The notes under the pieces were generated by a model, which saw nothing but the letters and a program-made list of their open reading frames with translations, ran no database searches and was not told the DNA's origin. DNA of 32,000 nucleotides, from positions 2,250,001-2,282,000 of the forward strand of contig NC_007484.1 of the NCBI RefSeq assembly GCF_000012805.1, written 5' to 3'. A program made the position numbers and the translations under genes. Every line of letters starts with the position of its first letter. The first letter of the stretch is position 1. This DNA comes from Nitrosococcus oceani ATCC 19707. GTDB lineage: Bacteria > Pseudomonadota > Gammaproteobacteria > Nitrosococcales > Nitrosococcaceae. Below are positions 14,636 through 24,634 of this stretch, one piece after another.

Positions 14636-17322
14636 TCTGCATACACTCCGCTTTCTATCCAATCGGCTAATATTTCTAGCTCCGCCTCATTTAAGGTCCA
14701 GGGATGATCAGGGCCAAAATCGATATCATTGGAGCGATCCTCATCGGCGCGGCCATCTAGCCGTTGGCCGGCGGCTTTCCAATACAATAAACTCTCCCGC
14801 GCAAAAAGCATATGGACGTACTTGCTAAGCCAGGGGCGATCCATCCGGCCTGGCGGCGAGGCGCCCTTAATATCTACCGGAGGGGGCTCAAACAGGTGCT
14901 GGGCGTTAATATTATTGGCAAGTTGCCAATAGGTACTTCCTTTATCTGTACCTGGCCGATCCAGGGTTAAGCCGTCAGGAGCTTCATCCCCACTATGACA
15001 GGAAGCGCAGTTTTTCTGAAGCAAGGGGAAGACATCCTGCGCCCATGTCCATTCAGGAACCGAAGACTGCTTTAAAATTACTGGTGGATTTTGAGCCGCA
15101 AGGCTTTCTTCGAATTTCGGAGTCTGATTGGTGCTATGAAGGTGACACCCACCGCAAGTATGGAGTTCTCCTGGCCGCAGGGATTGCACTACTTGATCCC
15201 GAGCAATGGCGCGGCCCTTGCTATCCACTCCCGCCATTAAGTAGGGCATATCGCAAGGGAGTGAGGCAAGAAAAGAACCATCTTCCTCTAGCGGTACATC
15301 CCCCAAGATTCGGGTCCGGATGCCTTGGGAACCATTGAAATCAGAAGTTCGCATCCTGTGCTTAAAAGGGATTACCTCCCAAAACCGTATTTTTACCATT
15401 TCTGACAAATCTATTCCGTGGGTAGAGCAGCCCTGAAGAGCACAGGGGGTCCGGTCTGGAAATTGCCCTTCTCCACCATAATTTCTCACCTCTGCCTTCA
15501 TGGACGCCGCCCCTAGCAAGCATTGTCCAGAATCCGTCGTTTTAATAGGAGGAGTCGCCACCTGGCGCGAGCGCACTAGCCGCGGCATAAACTCTTGCCA
15601 ATCGGGACTATCTACCACCACTAAGGTATTTGTTTCGGCGGCAGGATTTGCCGGAATTCGTGTAGTACGGTAAATACCTGCGTCACAACCCAATTTACGC
15701 TTTTGCACGTCACCTTTGAAATGATTGAAATTAGCAGTATGGCAATACCCCTGTAACCAGGTAAATAATAAATTACCATCTGGAAGTCCCTCAGGATCGC
15801 GCGCGCGCCCCCGCTCATCCGCTGGTATATCGTTACTCCCACCCGCAATTGCTAAATATAAGCCACGGGGCTCAAATGTCGCCTTTTGGGAAAGAGCGCT
15901 CACCGGACTTTCTCCCTCTACATTTCCCGGCTCTACGGGCCAACATAGAATAGTGCCTCCCCCCGAGTTGTTTCCCCGATAATAGTTAGCAGTGCACATA
16001 TCGCCGTTTGCCCGCTCGCCAAGGAAATGGAGTGCCTTGAGAGTATGTAAACCTCGATCAATGGACGCTTGCCTGGTATGCGCGCCCAATTCCGCTTCTA
16101 GACTACCTCCTCGCTGGTCGACCGACATCACCCACCAGAGATTATCCTTGGTACCAAATAAAACCTGCAGCCCCCCTCTGCCGCGGTAAGGCAACATATT
16201 TACTATCTGCCAGGAACTATACATAATCCGACCCGTCTTGCTATGAAGCCACGGGTGCATGGCATTATCTCGCTCATGGGGTCCCACCCGAACTGCCTTG
16301 CTCCCATCTGCTTCCGCCATCCAAAGTTGAAGTGTAGGATGCCATCCTGACGAACCAAGCACACTGGGCCAGTCTCCTGCTCGAGTCGAGGTAAACATAA
16401 TACGATCATCTGGAAGCCACACGGGCCCAGTATCCCAGCTTCCAGGCATATGCGGCCAAGCAACCAATTTGCCGGTCGTAAGATCTAACGTGAAAATTTG
16501 CGCCTCTGCTCCCTTCCGAGCCAACGCTTTATTCGGGATCTCTACTGGAAAACCTCTCGGTTGCCGGTTATATAAGTGGGCGGCACGATAAACGCTAAAA
16601 GCTATCCGAGTGCCATCTAGGCTAACAGCAATATCCATAGGAACACATGGACGGGGCTCCGGAAAAACACAATCATAGAGAATTTCCTCACGTCCATCGG
16701 CACTCCGGTACACCAGCTGACCAGGGCCTGAAAATCTCCAAAGCCGCGCAGTGACATCAGGGAGTTCATCATAGATTCCAAGGTTTCCAAAAATCTTCCC
16801 ATTGATTTCAATTGTAGAGGTAGTGCGAGGAATACGCGTATAAACTATTCCCTCATCCATGTTCCACACATCTTCGGGCTTAGGCTGGGGAATTTCATCC
16901 TTGGGGGAATCACTGGCTACGCCCTCCCACTTTTGATACCTCTCACTACTACCGTTAGTTTTTTCAGTTTCTGGTAGCCTGCGGACAGTTCTGCCCCCTT
17001 CACCTTCTGGCTCAAACTGTAGGCGTCCGTCCCTGACTAGCTCGTCACTATCGCTGGCGTTTTCACTTCCCGGCAATCTTCGGAAAGTTCCGCTCCCTTG
17101 GGCTCCGAAAAGCCGCTGGCGGGCCTCTGGAAGCCACTCGCCACTGCCTTGAAGAGAAATATTGCTTGCAGCAACTCTGAGAGGAGAAACCTTCTGACTA
17201 TCCTTATCGCCACTGGCAGCAGTGGGGACAGCTCCTTGCAACATCCCAAGCAAAACGCAAGCCATAATCCGATGATTAAATACCAACATAACCAAAACTC
17301 TCAAAGATTTTGAGTTAAGCAA
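14632..17322 (-). CDS. Secreted PD40/TolB-like beta-propeller protein with two CXXCH heme-binding motifs and a C-terminal Planctomycete-cytochrome-c-like (PSCyt1-like) domain
   Basis: 896-aa ORF with TTG at 17322; the first ATG is at 17289. The hydrophobic leader is IMACVLLGMLQGAVPTAAS|G. PD40-like blades include IAFSVYRA and GPVWLPDDRIMFTSTRAG. CGGCH is at 15156-15142 (aa 723-727) and CASCH at 15009-14995 (aa 772-776). The context DVFPLLQKNCASCHSG...LNEAELEILADWIESG is typical of PSCyt1 domains. Confidence 0.75.
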   Translation of the reverse strand: MLNSKSLRVLVMLVFNHRIMACVLLGMLQGAVPTAASGDKDSQKVSPLRVAASNISLQGSGEWLPEARQRLFGAQGSGTFRRLPGSENASDSDELVRDGRLQFEPEGEGGRTVRRLPETEKTNGSSERYQKWEGVASDSPKDEIPQPKPEDVWNMDEGIVYTRIPRTTSTIEINGKIFGNLGIYDELPDVTARLWRFSGPGQLVYRSADGREEILYDCVFPEPRPCVPMDIAVSLDGTRIAFSVYRAAHLYNRQPRGFPVEIPNKALARKGAEAQIFTLDLTTGKLVAWPHMPGSWDTGPVWLPDDRIMFTSTRAGDWPSVLGSSGWHPTLQLWMAEADGSKAVRVGPHERDNAMHPWLHSKTGRIMYSSWQIVNMLPYRGRGGLQVLFGTKDNLWWVMSVDQRGGSLEAELGAHTRQASIDRGLHTLKALHFLGERANGDMCTANYYRGNNSGGGTILCWPVEPGNVEGESPVSALSQKATFEPRGLYLAIAGGSNDIPADERGRARDPEGLPDGNLLFTWLQGYCHTANFNHFKGDVQKRKLGCDAGIYRTTRIPANPAAETNTLVVVDSPDWQEFMPRLVRSRQVATPPIKTTDSGQCLLGAASMKAEVRNYGGEGQFPDRTPCALQGCSTHGIDLSEMVKIRFWEVIPFKHRMRTSDFNGSQGIRTRILGDVPLEEDGSFLASLPCDMPYLMAGVDSKGRAIARDQVVQSLRPGELHTCGGCHLHSTNQTPKFEESLAAQNPPVILKQSSVPEWTWAQDVFPLLQKNCASCHSGDEAPDGLTLDRPGTDKGSTYWQLANNINAQHLFEPPPVDIKGASPPGRMDRPWLSKYVHMLFARESLLYWKAAGQRLDGRADEDRSNDIDFGPDHPWTLNEAELEILADWIESGVYAE

Positions 17323-17358
17323 ACATCCCTATGGGAATCTCGCTGTAGTCGTTAGTTA

Positions 17359-19290
17359 TCAAGCCGAGATGCTGCTAGAAGCATTCCGGTCATAGGATTC
17401 TCCCTCCATAGCCTGACGCAAGAAGGCATCAAACATCAAGAGGGACCAAATGGACGCACTGTAATCACGTAGTCCTGATAGGTGCTGGTCGACCAGATGC
17501 CGCAAGATTGGCATCTCGAAAAGCCCAGTTTCTGCTAGTATTTGTCCGGTCACTGCAGTGCGGACTCGTTCCCGGAGCGGGCCTCGAAACCAGGCGGCTA
17601 ACGGTACCGCAAAACCCATTTTCCGCCGATATAAAATCTCATCTGAAAGGTAGGGGCGCAGAGCCCGCTTAAATACGTACTTTCCCTCCCTACTTCGGTA
17701 CTTAAAATGGGGAGATAAGCCGCCAGCCCACTCGACAAACGGATGGTCCAGCAACGGTACCCGCACTTCAAGGCCATGGGCCATGCTAGCGCGATCTACT
17801 TTAGTAAGAATGTCGCCGGGTAAATAGGTTTTTAGGTCTAAGTACTGGACCTGAAGCAGTGGATGATCGGGTGCCTGTCGGGCATGGTTTCGCAATACCT
17901 GCGATGCCTCATAACCCTGAAGCTCTTGGCGCATCCTTTGGCTGAAAAGGCGATGGCGTAATTCATTCGGAATCACCGCCACACTGTGAAAGTAGCCTTC
18001 CAGGGGATCGCGAGCCAATGCTTGGAAGGTTGTCTTAGCGCGAAAGATGCGCGGCGCCCAATCAAGTTTAGGATAGTAATGCCCCAAGATACCAAACAGA
18101 GGCTGCCGCATGCTCAGTGGCAAGATTCCCCGCACCCGCTGCTCATGCAAGTGCCAACGGTAACGACGGTAACCCGCAAAGAGTTCATCGCCTCCATCAC
18201 CAGAGAGAACAACCTTTACCCGCTGGCGCGCCAGTTCGCACACTCTATAGGTAGGCATAGCGGACGAGTCAGCGTAGGGCTCGTCATAAACCCCTGCCAG
18301 CCGGTTAATTAGCTCGAAATCATCCTGATCGACTTGAGCAGAATGATGATTAGTGCCATAACGATGGGCGACCTGCTCGGCGTAGCGGGCTTCATCAAAT
18401 GCTGGATCAGAAAAACCAATCGAGCAGGTACGTACTGGATCATTAGACAATTGGGCCATGGCCGCCACCACGGCGCTGGAGTCTACACCACCGGAAAGGA
18501 ATGCCCCAAGAGGGACATCCGCAACCAATCTAATATTGACCGCTTCTCGGAATTTTTCAATAAGGGTTTCTTCTATGGCTGACTCAGAACCTAACGCTTG
18601 TGGCTCTAAAGTAACATCCCAGTACTGCCGTGGCTCCAATTTTGACGCCCCACAACGGAGCGTAAGTGTGTGGCCCGGCGCAAGCTTATTAGCATAACGG
18701 AAAATAGTGCGAGGATCGGGAATATAACCGAAAGCAAAATAATCTTCTACCGCCAAAGAATCGAGCTGGCGCGGCAAATGAGGATGGGTAATAAGCGCCT
18801 TGAGTTCAGAACCAAAAATGAGCTGCCCATTGGGCAGCAATGCATAATACAGCGGCTTAATGCCTAATCTATCGCGGGCCAGAAAAAGCGTTTCCTGCTT
18901 GCGATCCCAAATAGCAAAAGCAAACATACCCCGAAAATGATGCACGCACTTCTCACCCCATTCCTCCCAAGCATGGACGATGACCTCCGTATCGCACTGG
19001 GTGCGAAAAACATGGCCGCGGTGGCTAAGCTCAGCCATAAGTTCCTTAAAATTGTAAATCTCGCCGTTATAGGTCACCCAAACCGTACCATCTTCGTTAC
19101 TGAGGGGCTGACGGCCTAAGGACAAATCGATGATAGAAAGACGGCGATGAGCAAGACCGATGCCAGGTTCCACATGGATGCCACCACCATCCGGACCCCG
19201 GTGGCGCTGAATATCATTCATACGCGAGAGAATTTCCCGGTCGATGGGGCGGCGCTCATGGAGGTCAAAAATACCTGTTATACCGCACAC
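17359..19290 (-). CDS. Glutamine-hydrolysing asparagine synthase family; exosortase A system-associated amidotransferase type (recalled as TIGR03108-like)
   Basis: 643-aa ORF. GTG sits immediately before TGC, giving the N-terminus MCGITGIF with the Ntn Cys at residue 2, and GGGGG lies 7 nt upstream. Motifs are HRRLSIIDL, YNGEIYNF, FLSGGVDSS and LSGDGGDELFAGY. Confidence 0.9.
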   Translation of the reverse strand: MCGITGIFDLHERRPIDREILSRMNDIQRHRGPDGGGIHVEPGIGLAHRRLSIIDLSLGRQPLSNEDGTVWVTYNGEIYNFKELMAELSHRGHVFRTQCDTEVIVHAWEEWGEKCVHHFRGMFAFAIWDRKQETLFLARDRLGIKPLYYALLPNGQLIFGSELKALITHPHLPRQLDSLAVEDYFAFGYIPDPRTIFRYANKLAPGHTLTLRCGASKLEPRQYWDVTLEPQALGSESAIEETLIEKFREAVNIRLVADVPLGAFLSGGVDSSAVVAAMAQLSNDPVRTCSIGFSDPAFDEARYAEQVAHRYGTNHHSAQVDQDDFELINRLAGVYDEPYADSSAMPTYRVCELARQRVKVVLSGDGGDELFAGYRRYRWHLHEQRVRGILPLSMRQPLFGILGHYYPKLDWAPRIFRAKTTFQALARDPLEGYFHSVAVIPNELRHRLFSQRMRQELQGYEASQVLRNHARQAPDHPLLQVQYLDLKTYLPGDILTKVDRASMAHGLEVRVPLLDHPFVEWAGGLSPHFKYRSREGKYVFKRALRPYLSDEILYRRKMGFAVPLAAWFRGPLRERVRTAVTGQILAETGLFEMPILRHLVDQHLSGLRDYSASIWSLLMFDAFLRQAMEGESYDRNASSSISA

Positions 19291-19376
19291 AGAAAACCCC
19301 CATAAAAATTTTTCGGAAATACTCTCATTAAATTTTTATCCAACACTAGTTTACTTTTCTCCCTACCTCTTGAAGC

Positions 19377-20519
19377 TTAGCGAATCCAGTCCCCTAGGAC
19401 TTCCTTGATCCTAAGAGAAGCCCTGCCGTCCCAAAGTTCAGGAATACGCCCAGCCTTGCCTCCGGTAGCCAGGATATCGTCCAAAACAGCAAGCACCCGC
19501 TCCGGCGCAACCCCCGTTACCGTATTGGTTCCTTCCTCTACTGTAATAGGGCGCTCCGTGTTATCCCGTAGAGTTATACAAGGAATCCCCAGCGCAGTAG
19601 TCTCTTCTTGCATACCCCCGGAGTCGGTGAGTACCAGCCGAGCCTTATTCATTAGTCCCAGCATCTCCAGGTAACCCACTGGTGGCATGCAAAACACTCC
19701 CGACATTTGCTCTAATGCTTGATGCAATCCGCTCCGTTCAAGGGCCGCCGCCGTACGTGGATGTACCGGAAAAATAACCGGAATGCGTTCGCTAACCTCC
19801 TGGAGCAACGAGAGAATACCCCTCAAAGTCGGCGTATCATCCACATTAGCGGGCCGATGCAGCGTTAACACGGCATAGCCGCTCGCGCAAGCATCTACTC
19901 CTACATCTCCTTTGCTCCGCAATAATATCTCCCGCGGGGCAACTGCTTTCGAGCGGTGCTTGAGCAAACTGTCAATCATCACATTGCCCACAAAATGGAT
20001 ACGGTGCTCTTCCACGCCCTCCCGCAACAAATTATCCCTGGCGGTACGCTCAGTTGTGAATAATAATCGGGCAAGTTGATCTGTTAGCACCCGGTTGATT
20101 TCTTCCGGCATGCTGCGATCAAAGCTGCGCAGTCCTGCTTCTACATGAATCACCGGAATCTGTTCTTTGGCAGCTACTAGTGCGCAAGCAATGGTCGAAT
20201 TAACATCCCCAACGACCAGCACCGCAGCAGGAGTCGCCGCCTCCACTACTGGCTCGAAACGCTGCATGATCTCAGCCGTTTGCCAACTATGGCTGCCACT
20301 GCCCACTTCAAGATTAATATCAGGCTCGGGAATACCCAGTTGCTGAAAGAATAACGTCTGCATGCGCGTATCGTAATGTTGTCCGGTATGCACTAGGCTC
20401 AACGGCACCGAACCTTCGAGCGCCGCCATAATCGGCGCTATTTTCATAAAATTAGGCCGTGCACCCACAACACACATCAGCGTTCCTTTTGGCAAATTCA
20501 TAGCCCGCTTAATTTCCAT
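19377..20519 (-). CDS. wecB: UDP-N-acetylglucosamine 2-epimerase (non-hydrolysing)
   Basis: The track ORF starts at TTG 20531. ATG 20519 follows GAGGttGGGGGcaaaa. Motifs are GARPNFMKIAPIM, HTGQHYD, HVEAGLRSFDRSMPEEINR and DSGGMQEE. Confidence 0.9.
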   Translation of the reverse strand: MEIKRAMNLPKGTLMCVVGARPNFMKIAPIMAALEGSVPLSLVHTGQHYDTRMQTLFFQQLGIPEPDINLEVGSGSHSWQTAEIMQRFEPVVEAATPAAVLVVGDVNSTIACALVAAKEQIPVIHVEAGLRSFDRSMPEEINRVLTDQLARLLFTTERTARDNLLREGVEEHRIHFVGNVMIDSLLKHRSKAVAPREILLRSKGDVGVDACASGYAVLTLHRPANVDDTPTLRGILSLLQEVSERIPVIFPVHPRTAAALERSGLHQALEQMSGVFCMPPVGYLEMLGLMNKARLVLTDSGGMQEETTALGIPCITLRDNTERPITVEEGTNTVTGVAPERVLAVLDDILATGGKAGRIPELWDGRASLRIKEVLGDWIR

Positions 20520-20568
20520 TTTTGCCCCCAACCTCTTTTAGAAACGCCAACATCACATCTGCTTACCC

Positions 20569-21780
20569 TTATTTGAAACTCTCTTTTCCAAATCGGACGG
20601 CTAGCAAAGTATCATATAGAACCGCATATTGCTCCACCATAGCGTTAATTCCAAATCTTTCTTCAATGCATCGTCGAGCCTCACAGCCCTGTTCTACAGC
20701 CAATTTCCTATTCTTAGCATAGCGCTCTAAAGCTTTAGCCATAGCTTCAGAATCAGATGAAGGAACCAGGTATCCCGTTACTGTATCTATAACTAATTCT
20801 GGATTACCACCCACCCGGGTAGCGACTACCGGCAGCCCTGTTGCCATGGCTTCTAGTATGGTATTGGAGATCCCTTCGGCCAAAGACGGCAGGACAAATA
20901 GATCCATAGCTTGTAATAACGCGGGCACATCCGCTCGTTCGCCTGCAAACCAAACAAGGTGAGCCATGCCCGCTTCTGCGACGAGAACCTCCAACCGAGG
21001 CCGCAGGGAACCCTCTCCAACAATAACCAAGCGTAGATTGTTTTCATCTTTGGGCAAACGGCGCACTAAATTTATAAAAGCCTGGACTAATGTAAGTTGG
21101 TCTTTAATCATTTCAAGGCGCCCCACCGTACCGATGATTAAACTACTTTCGCCAGTGAAATCCGCCGGTAATACCGAAGAACGATCCCGCTGAGGATGAA
21201 AACGTCTGGTGTCAACTCCATTATAGATATGCTTGATGCGCGCAGGAGAAATACCTACCTTCTCACGAAGATAGCTCACGATAGGCTGTGATAAAGCAAT
21301 ATACTGGTGTATCAATGGCTGATACAACCGGCGAAGCCAACGGTAACGCCAATTTTTTCCTTCCGGATCGTGTATATCCCAACCATGTTCCCCATGGATA
21401 CGTATCGGTACCCCTGCTAGAGCCGCAGGTCCCTGCATTTCTAAGGCAGCAAGATTACGGGTATGCACAATGTGAGGTTTAAGGCTACGCAGCAGGCGCC
21501 AAAGCCGGAAATAAAGCGCTACATCCTTGCCCTCCCGCTTGTGCAAAGCGTAAATAGCGAGTCCAGGCTGCCGGATACGCCGCGCAAATTCAGTTGAATC
21601 CCGCAAGCAGATAATGACATGCCGATACCGATCAGCAGTATGGTTGATTAGATTTACTAGTCCATTTTCTAAACCACCCGTCTGCAACCGGAAAATCACA
21701 TGAACAATGACCGGCCGGCTCGTATCATCACAAAAAACGTTAGAAGACGTATCGCTTTCGCTTGGGAAAGATACAGTCAT
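20569..21780 (-). CDS. GT4 sugar transferase, PEP-CTERM/EpsH1 system-associated type ('stp2', recalled as TIGR03088-like)
   Basis: The track ORF starts at 21813 and would overlap the exosortase gene by 28 nt. ATG 21780 lies 5 nt after the upstream stop. Motifs are VIVHVIFRLQTGGLENGLVNLINH and LAEGISNTILEAMATGLPVVATRVGGNPELV. Confidence 0.85.
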   Translation of the reverse strand: MTVSFPSESDTSSNVFCDDTSRPVIVHVIFRLQTGGLENGLVNLINHTADRYRHVIICLRDSTEFARRIRQPGLAIYALHKREGKDVALYFRLWRLLRSLKPHIVHTRNLAALEMQGPAALAGVPIRIHGEHGWDIHDPEGKNWRYRWLRRLYQPLIHQYIALSQPIVSYLREKVGISPARIKHIYNGVDTRRFHPQRDRSSVLPADFTGESSLIIGTVGRLEMIKDQLTLVQAFINLVRRLPKDENNLRLVIVGEGSLRPRLEVLVAEAGMAHLVWFAGERADVPALLQAMDLFVLPSLAEGISNTILEAMATGLPVVATRVGGNPELVIDTVTGYLVPSSDSEAMAKALERYAKNRKLAVEQGCEARRCIEERFGINAMVEQYAVLYDTLLAVRFGKESFK

Positions 21781-21785
21781 CCGCT

Positions 21786-23372
21786 TTATGTTCTCTCTGA
21801 TACTGACTGGCAAGCTAGCATTGCGCCTGAGGTAGAGACTGCCGGCATCTCATTCAAAAATTTTAGCAGGAGCGCACGGGCTTGCTCCGGCTTACCGCTA
21901 TCCGCAGCTACAGCGATGAGCGTGGAGCCGCTTGGCTGCTTGGTAAGATGAGCCCAGGCTTCAAGAAATTTAGCTTTTATCGGACTAGCCGTTCGCTGGC
22001 CAGCAATATCATACCAGTGCCAAATGACGCGCAGCGTATTAGGGGAACGGATAACAGTTTCATGCACTTGGAGATGATCATCACCAAGGGAGAGGCTTCG
22101 GCGATTATCTTCCATCCAACGCCAAATTTGATCATCATAGAGGCGATTTTGAGAACTAATAAGTTCAGCTCCTTGATGCTCTTGCTGATAATAGATAATT
22201 AAAAGCTGTACCGCACTATCATCTGGGAATGAATAGAGACGGCGCACGATTTGATCTGCTTGGGAATAATCTGGCTCCCACATACTGGTCGGGACGGAAG
22301 AACCACTCCAGACCGGCTGCTCCTTAGGCATAGACACCGAACAGTCGGTTTTCGATGCTTGGCCTTTAAACCAAATTCCACTCGCGGGACCGGCACCGGC
22401 CACCAGGATCAGTATAATAGTAGTTACACCCAGTTTTTTTGCACGGGGGGCCTGCTGGGCGACAATCCCTCCAGATTGCCGAGACAACGAGGCCCTGTTG
22501 CCGGGGCACTTATCCTCGCGCCAGAACGATCCCAGCCAAAAGAGTAACGACATGACTACGCCAAAGAAAATCCACCCGTAAACAACATGGTCCACGCCGG
22601 TCGCCAACTTCATATTACTGAGGTAAGCCAGCATAATAACGCCGTAGGCCCGGATACCATTAGCAATAATAGGTACGATAACCGAAGCCACAATAAATGC
22701 CGCGCGGCGCCCATAACTAGAATAAGTAAGATAAGCGTAGAGGGTGCCAAGAACAACCGAAGTAATAAGGTAACGCAGCCCGCTACAAGCTTCCGCAACC
22801 AGAAAATCCCCCGAGGGAATACTAATATAACGCCCTTCCCAGTAAACCGGCACTCCACCGAATTGCAGGCTTTTGACAGCAAAAGCGGCTGTAAAATCTT
22901 GCAGCGGCGGAATTAAAAATTCACCAAACGGTACCGCAAAAACCAAGTAGACAAGTGGAAACGCCAACGCGCGAACGACCCTCTTTCCCAATAACCCCCA
23001 CACCACTACCGGAATCATGGCCACCAATAACAATTGTTCGACAAATAGCACGTCCGCAATCCTAGCCAGTAACCATCCCCCGGATAATAGCAGAATAAAG
23101 AATGCGGCTAGTGGCCGAGGATGGGGTTGAAGCTGCTGGAGCTGCCACCGTCGCGCCCAGATCATATAACCGCTAACCGGAAAAATGAGCATACCATGGG
23201 CAAAGGTCGCAGAACGCCACCAAATAGCCGCCATGGATACTGCGGTTTCCAGATAAAACAGGAATAGGGCAAGCAACACCACAGCTATTGCCACCGTTGC
23301 CAGAGGCCAACTTAGCACCCAATGGGCCTGTTGCCTATCTAGGTACCGCTGTTCGGTCGGGTTCATCTGCAT
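21786..23372 (-). CDS. xrtA: Exosortase A (XrtA/EpsH) fused to a C-terminal EpsI-family domain
   Basis: ATG 23372 follows GGAG plus aaaaaa; the track ORF starts at GTG 23405. The N-terminal half is polytopic and carries the exosortase catalytic signature FLVAEACSGLRYL (Cys at 22787-22785), NGIRAY and DHVVYGWIFFG. An extra TM helix (LGVTTIILILVAGAG) is followed by a soluble domain of about 190 aa (LLIIYYQQEH...IWHWYDIAG) of EpsI type. Confidence 0.9.
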   Translation of the reverse strand: MQMNPTEQRYLDRQQAHWVLSWPLATVAIAVVLLALFLFYLETAVSMAAIWWRSATFAHGMLIFPVSGYMIWARRWQLQQLQPHPRPLAAFFILLLSGGWLLARIADVLFVEQLLLVAMIPVVVWGLLGKRVVRALAFPLVYLVFAVPFGEFLIPPLQDFTAAFAVKSLQFGGVPVYWEGRYISIPSGDFLVAEACSGLRYLITSVVLGTLYAYLTYSSYGRRAAFIVASVIVPIIANGIRAYGVIMLAYLSNMKLATGVDHVVYGWIFFGVVMSLLFWLGSFWREDKCPGNRASLSRQSGGIVAQQAPRAKKLGVTTIILILVAGAGPASGIWFKGQASKTDCSVSMPKEQPVWSGSSVPTSMWEPDYSQADQIVRRLYSFPDDSAVQLLIIYYQQEHQGAELISSQNRLYDDQIWRWMEDNRRSLSLGDDHLQVHETVIRSPNTLRVIWHWYDIAGQRTASPIKAKFLEAWAHLTKQPSGSTLIAVAADSGKPEQARALLLKFLNEMPAVSTSGAMLACQSVSERT

Positions 23373-24624
23373 TTTTTTCTCCACCAGTGGCCTCTTTTGC
23401 CACACTAATTATAGGCGCGAGGGAGGGATGAGTAAGCAACTCCGAGAAACGTTCTAGGTGATTATCCCAATGGTAATTTTGTAAGACATGCTCCCGGCCC
23501 TTCCTACCTGCCTCCTTTCCCTTTCCCTGCAGCAATACGGCAATAGTTTTTGCTGCAAATTGATTCGGCGTTGCACTCACTAGATTCTCACATACCGGAG
23601 GCAAAACAATACCCTCGGCGGCCTCTGGAGTAGCTATCACAGGCCGGGCCATGGCCATCGCCTCCAACAACTTGTTTTGAACTCCACGGGCAATCCTCAG
23701 AGGCGCTACCGCAGCTCGGGCATGGGCTAAATAAGGACGCATATCCGCCACAGTACCTGTCACATATACTTGCCGCTCTGCCGAGAGACGCCGTACAGCT
23801 TCAGCCGGTTGCGTACCCACAATATAGAAACAGGCCGCAGGAACCACCGCTAGAATCTTCGGAAAAATAGTTTTAGTAAACCAAATTACCGCATCTATAT
23901 TAGGACGGTAATTCATGGCACCAGTAAAAACCAACACCCGCTGCTCCGGAGGATACGGAGAAGGATAATGCCGATCCGGGGAGAAAAAATCCGTATCGAC
24001 CCCATTAGGCGCAGCAAATACTTGTTTCGCCACTTCTGGAGCTAAACGGCGGAATAACTCAGCCTCCACCGAGGAAACAAATGTTGCAGCTTTTGCTTGC
24101 GCAGCTATTTTTCGCTCGAAGGCCAAAAGAGTACGGGCTTCACGCTGATAAACCCAAGACAAAGGAGGACTCGATGTCTGACTATAAGCATGCCATTTCT
24201 CTGAATCCACATCCACAAAATCGACAATAGCTGGCACTTGCCGGGGAAGCATAGTTATATACTGAGCCATCACAGAGGAAAACACCACAACGCCTTCCAA
24301 GGAAGGCCGAGCAGCGATGTCTTGCACCCAGCGGCTCATGCAACGATCTTTATAGTAAGCTAAACCAAGCGGCTTACCGGCTACCAACGCTGTCAGGGAT
24401 CGGGCCAATGCGAGAGCCCGCGGTAGCGGCCGCAGGCAAAGCTCATCTACCCCTAACCGATGAAGGTCTGAAGCATATTTCCAGTCTACTGGATCGTCCA
24501 CGAAAGCGCCTACATGGACACGATAACGGCTGGCAAGAAAGCGCAACAAATGATAAGAACGTATTTTATCGCCTTTATTGGGGGGAAAAGGTATCCGGTG
24601 CGCAAGGAATAGAAGATCACCCAT
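23335..24624 (-). CDS. Sugar transferase, PEP-CTERM/EpsH1 system-associated type ('stp1', recalled as TIGR03087-like)
   Basis: ATG 24624 lies 10 nt after the upstream TAA; the track ORF starts at 24654. The N-terminus is MGDLLFLAHRIPFPPNKGDKIRSYHLLRFLA, and the sequence contains GVQNKLLEAMAMARPVIATPEAAEGI. The 3' end overlaps the xrtA start by 38 nt. Confidence 0.85.
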   Translation of the reverse strand: MGDLLFLAHRIPFPPNKGDKIRSYHLLRFLASRYRVHVGAFVDDPVDWKYASDLHRLGVDELCLRPLPRALALARSLTALVAGKPLGLAYYKDRCMSRWVQDIAARPSLEGVVVFSSVMAQYITMLPRQVPAIVDFVDVDSEKWHAYSQTSSPPLSWVYQREARTLLAFERKIAAQAKAATFVSSVEAELFRRLAPEVAKQVFAAPNGVDTDFFSPDRHYPSPYPPEQRVLVFTGAMNYRPNIDAVIWFTKTIFPKILAVVPAACFYIVGTQPAEAVRRLSAERQVYVTGTVADMRPYLAHARAAVAPLRIARGVQNKLLEAMAMARPVIATPEAAEGIVLPPVCENLVSATPNQFAAKTIAVLLQGKGKEAGRKGREHVLQNYHWDNHLERFSELLTHPSLAPIISVAKEATGGEKNADEPDRTAVPR

Positions 24625-24634
24625 CTTTCCGCCC

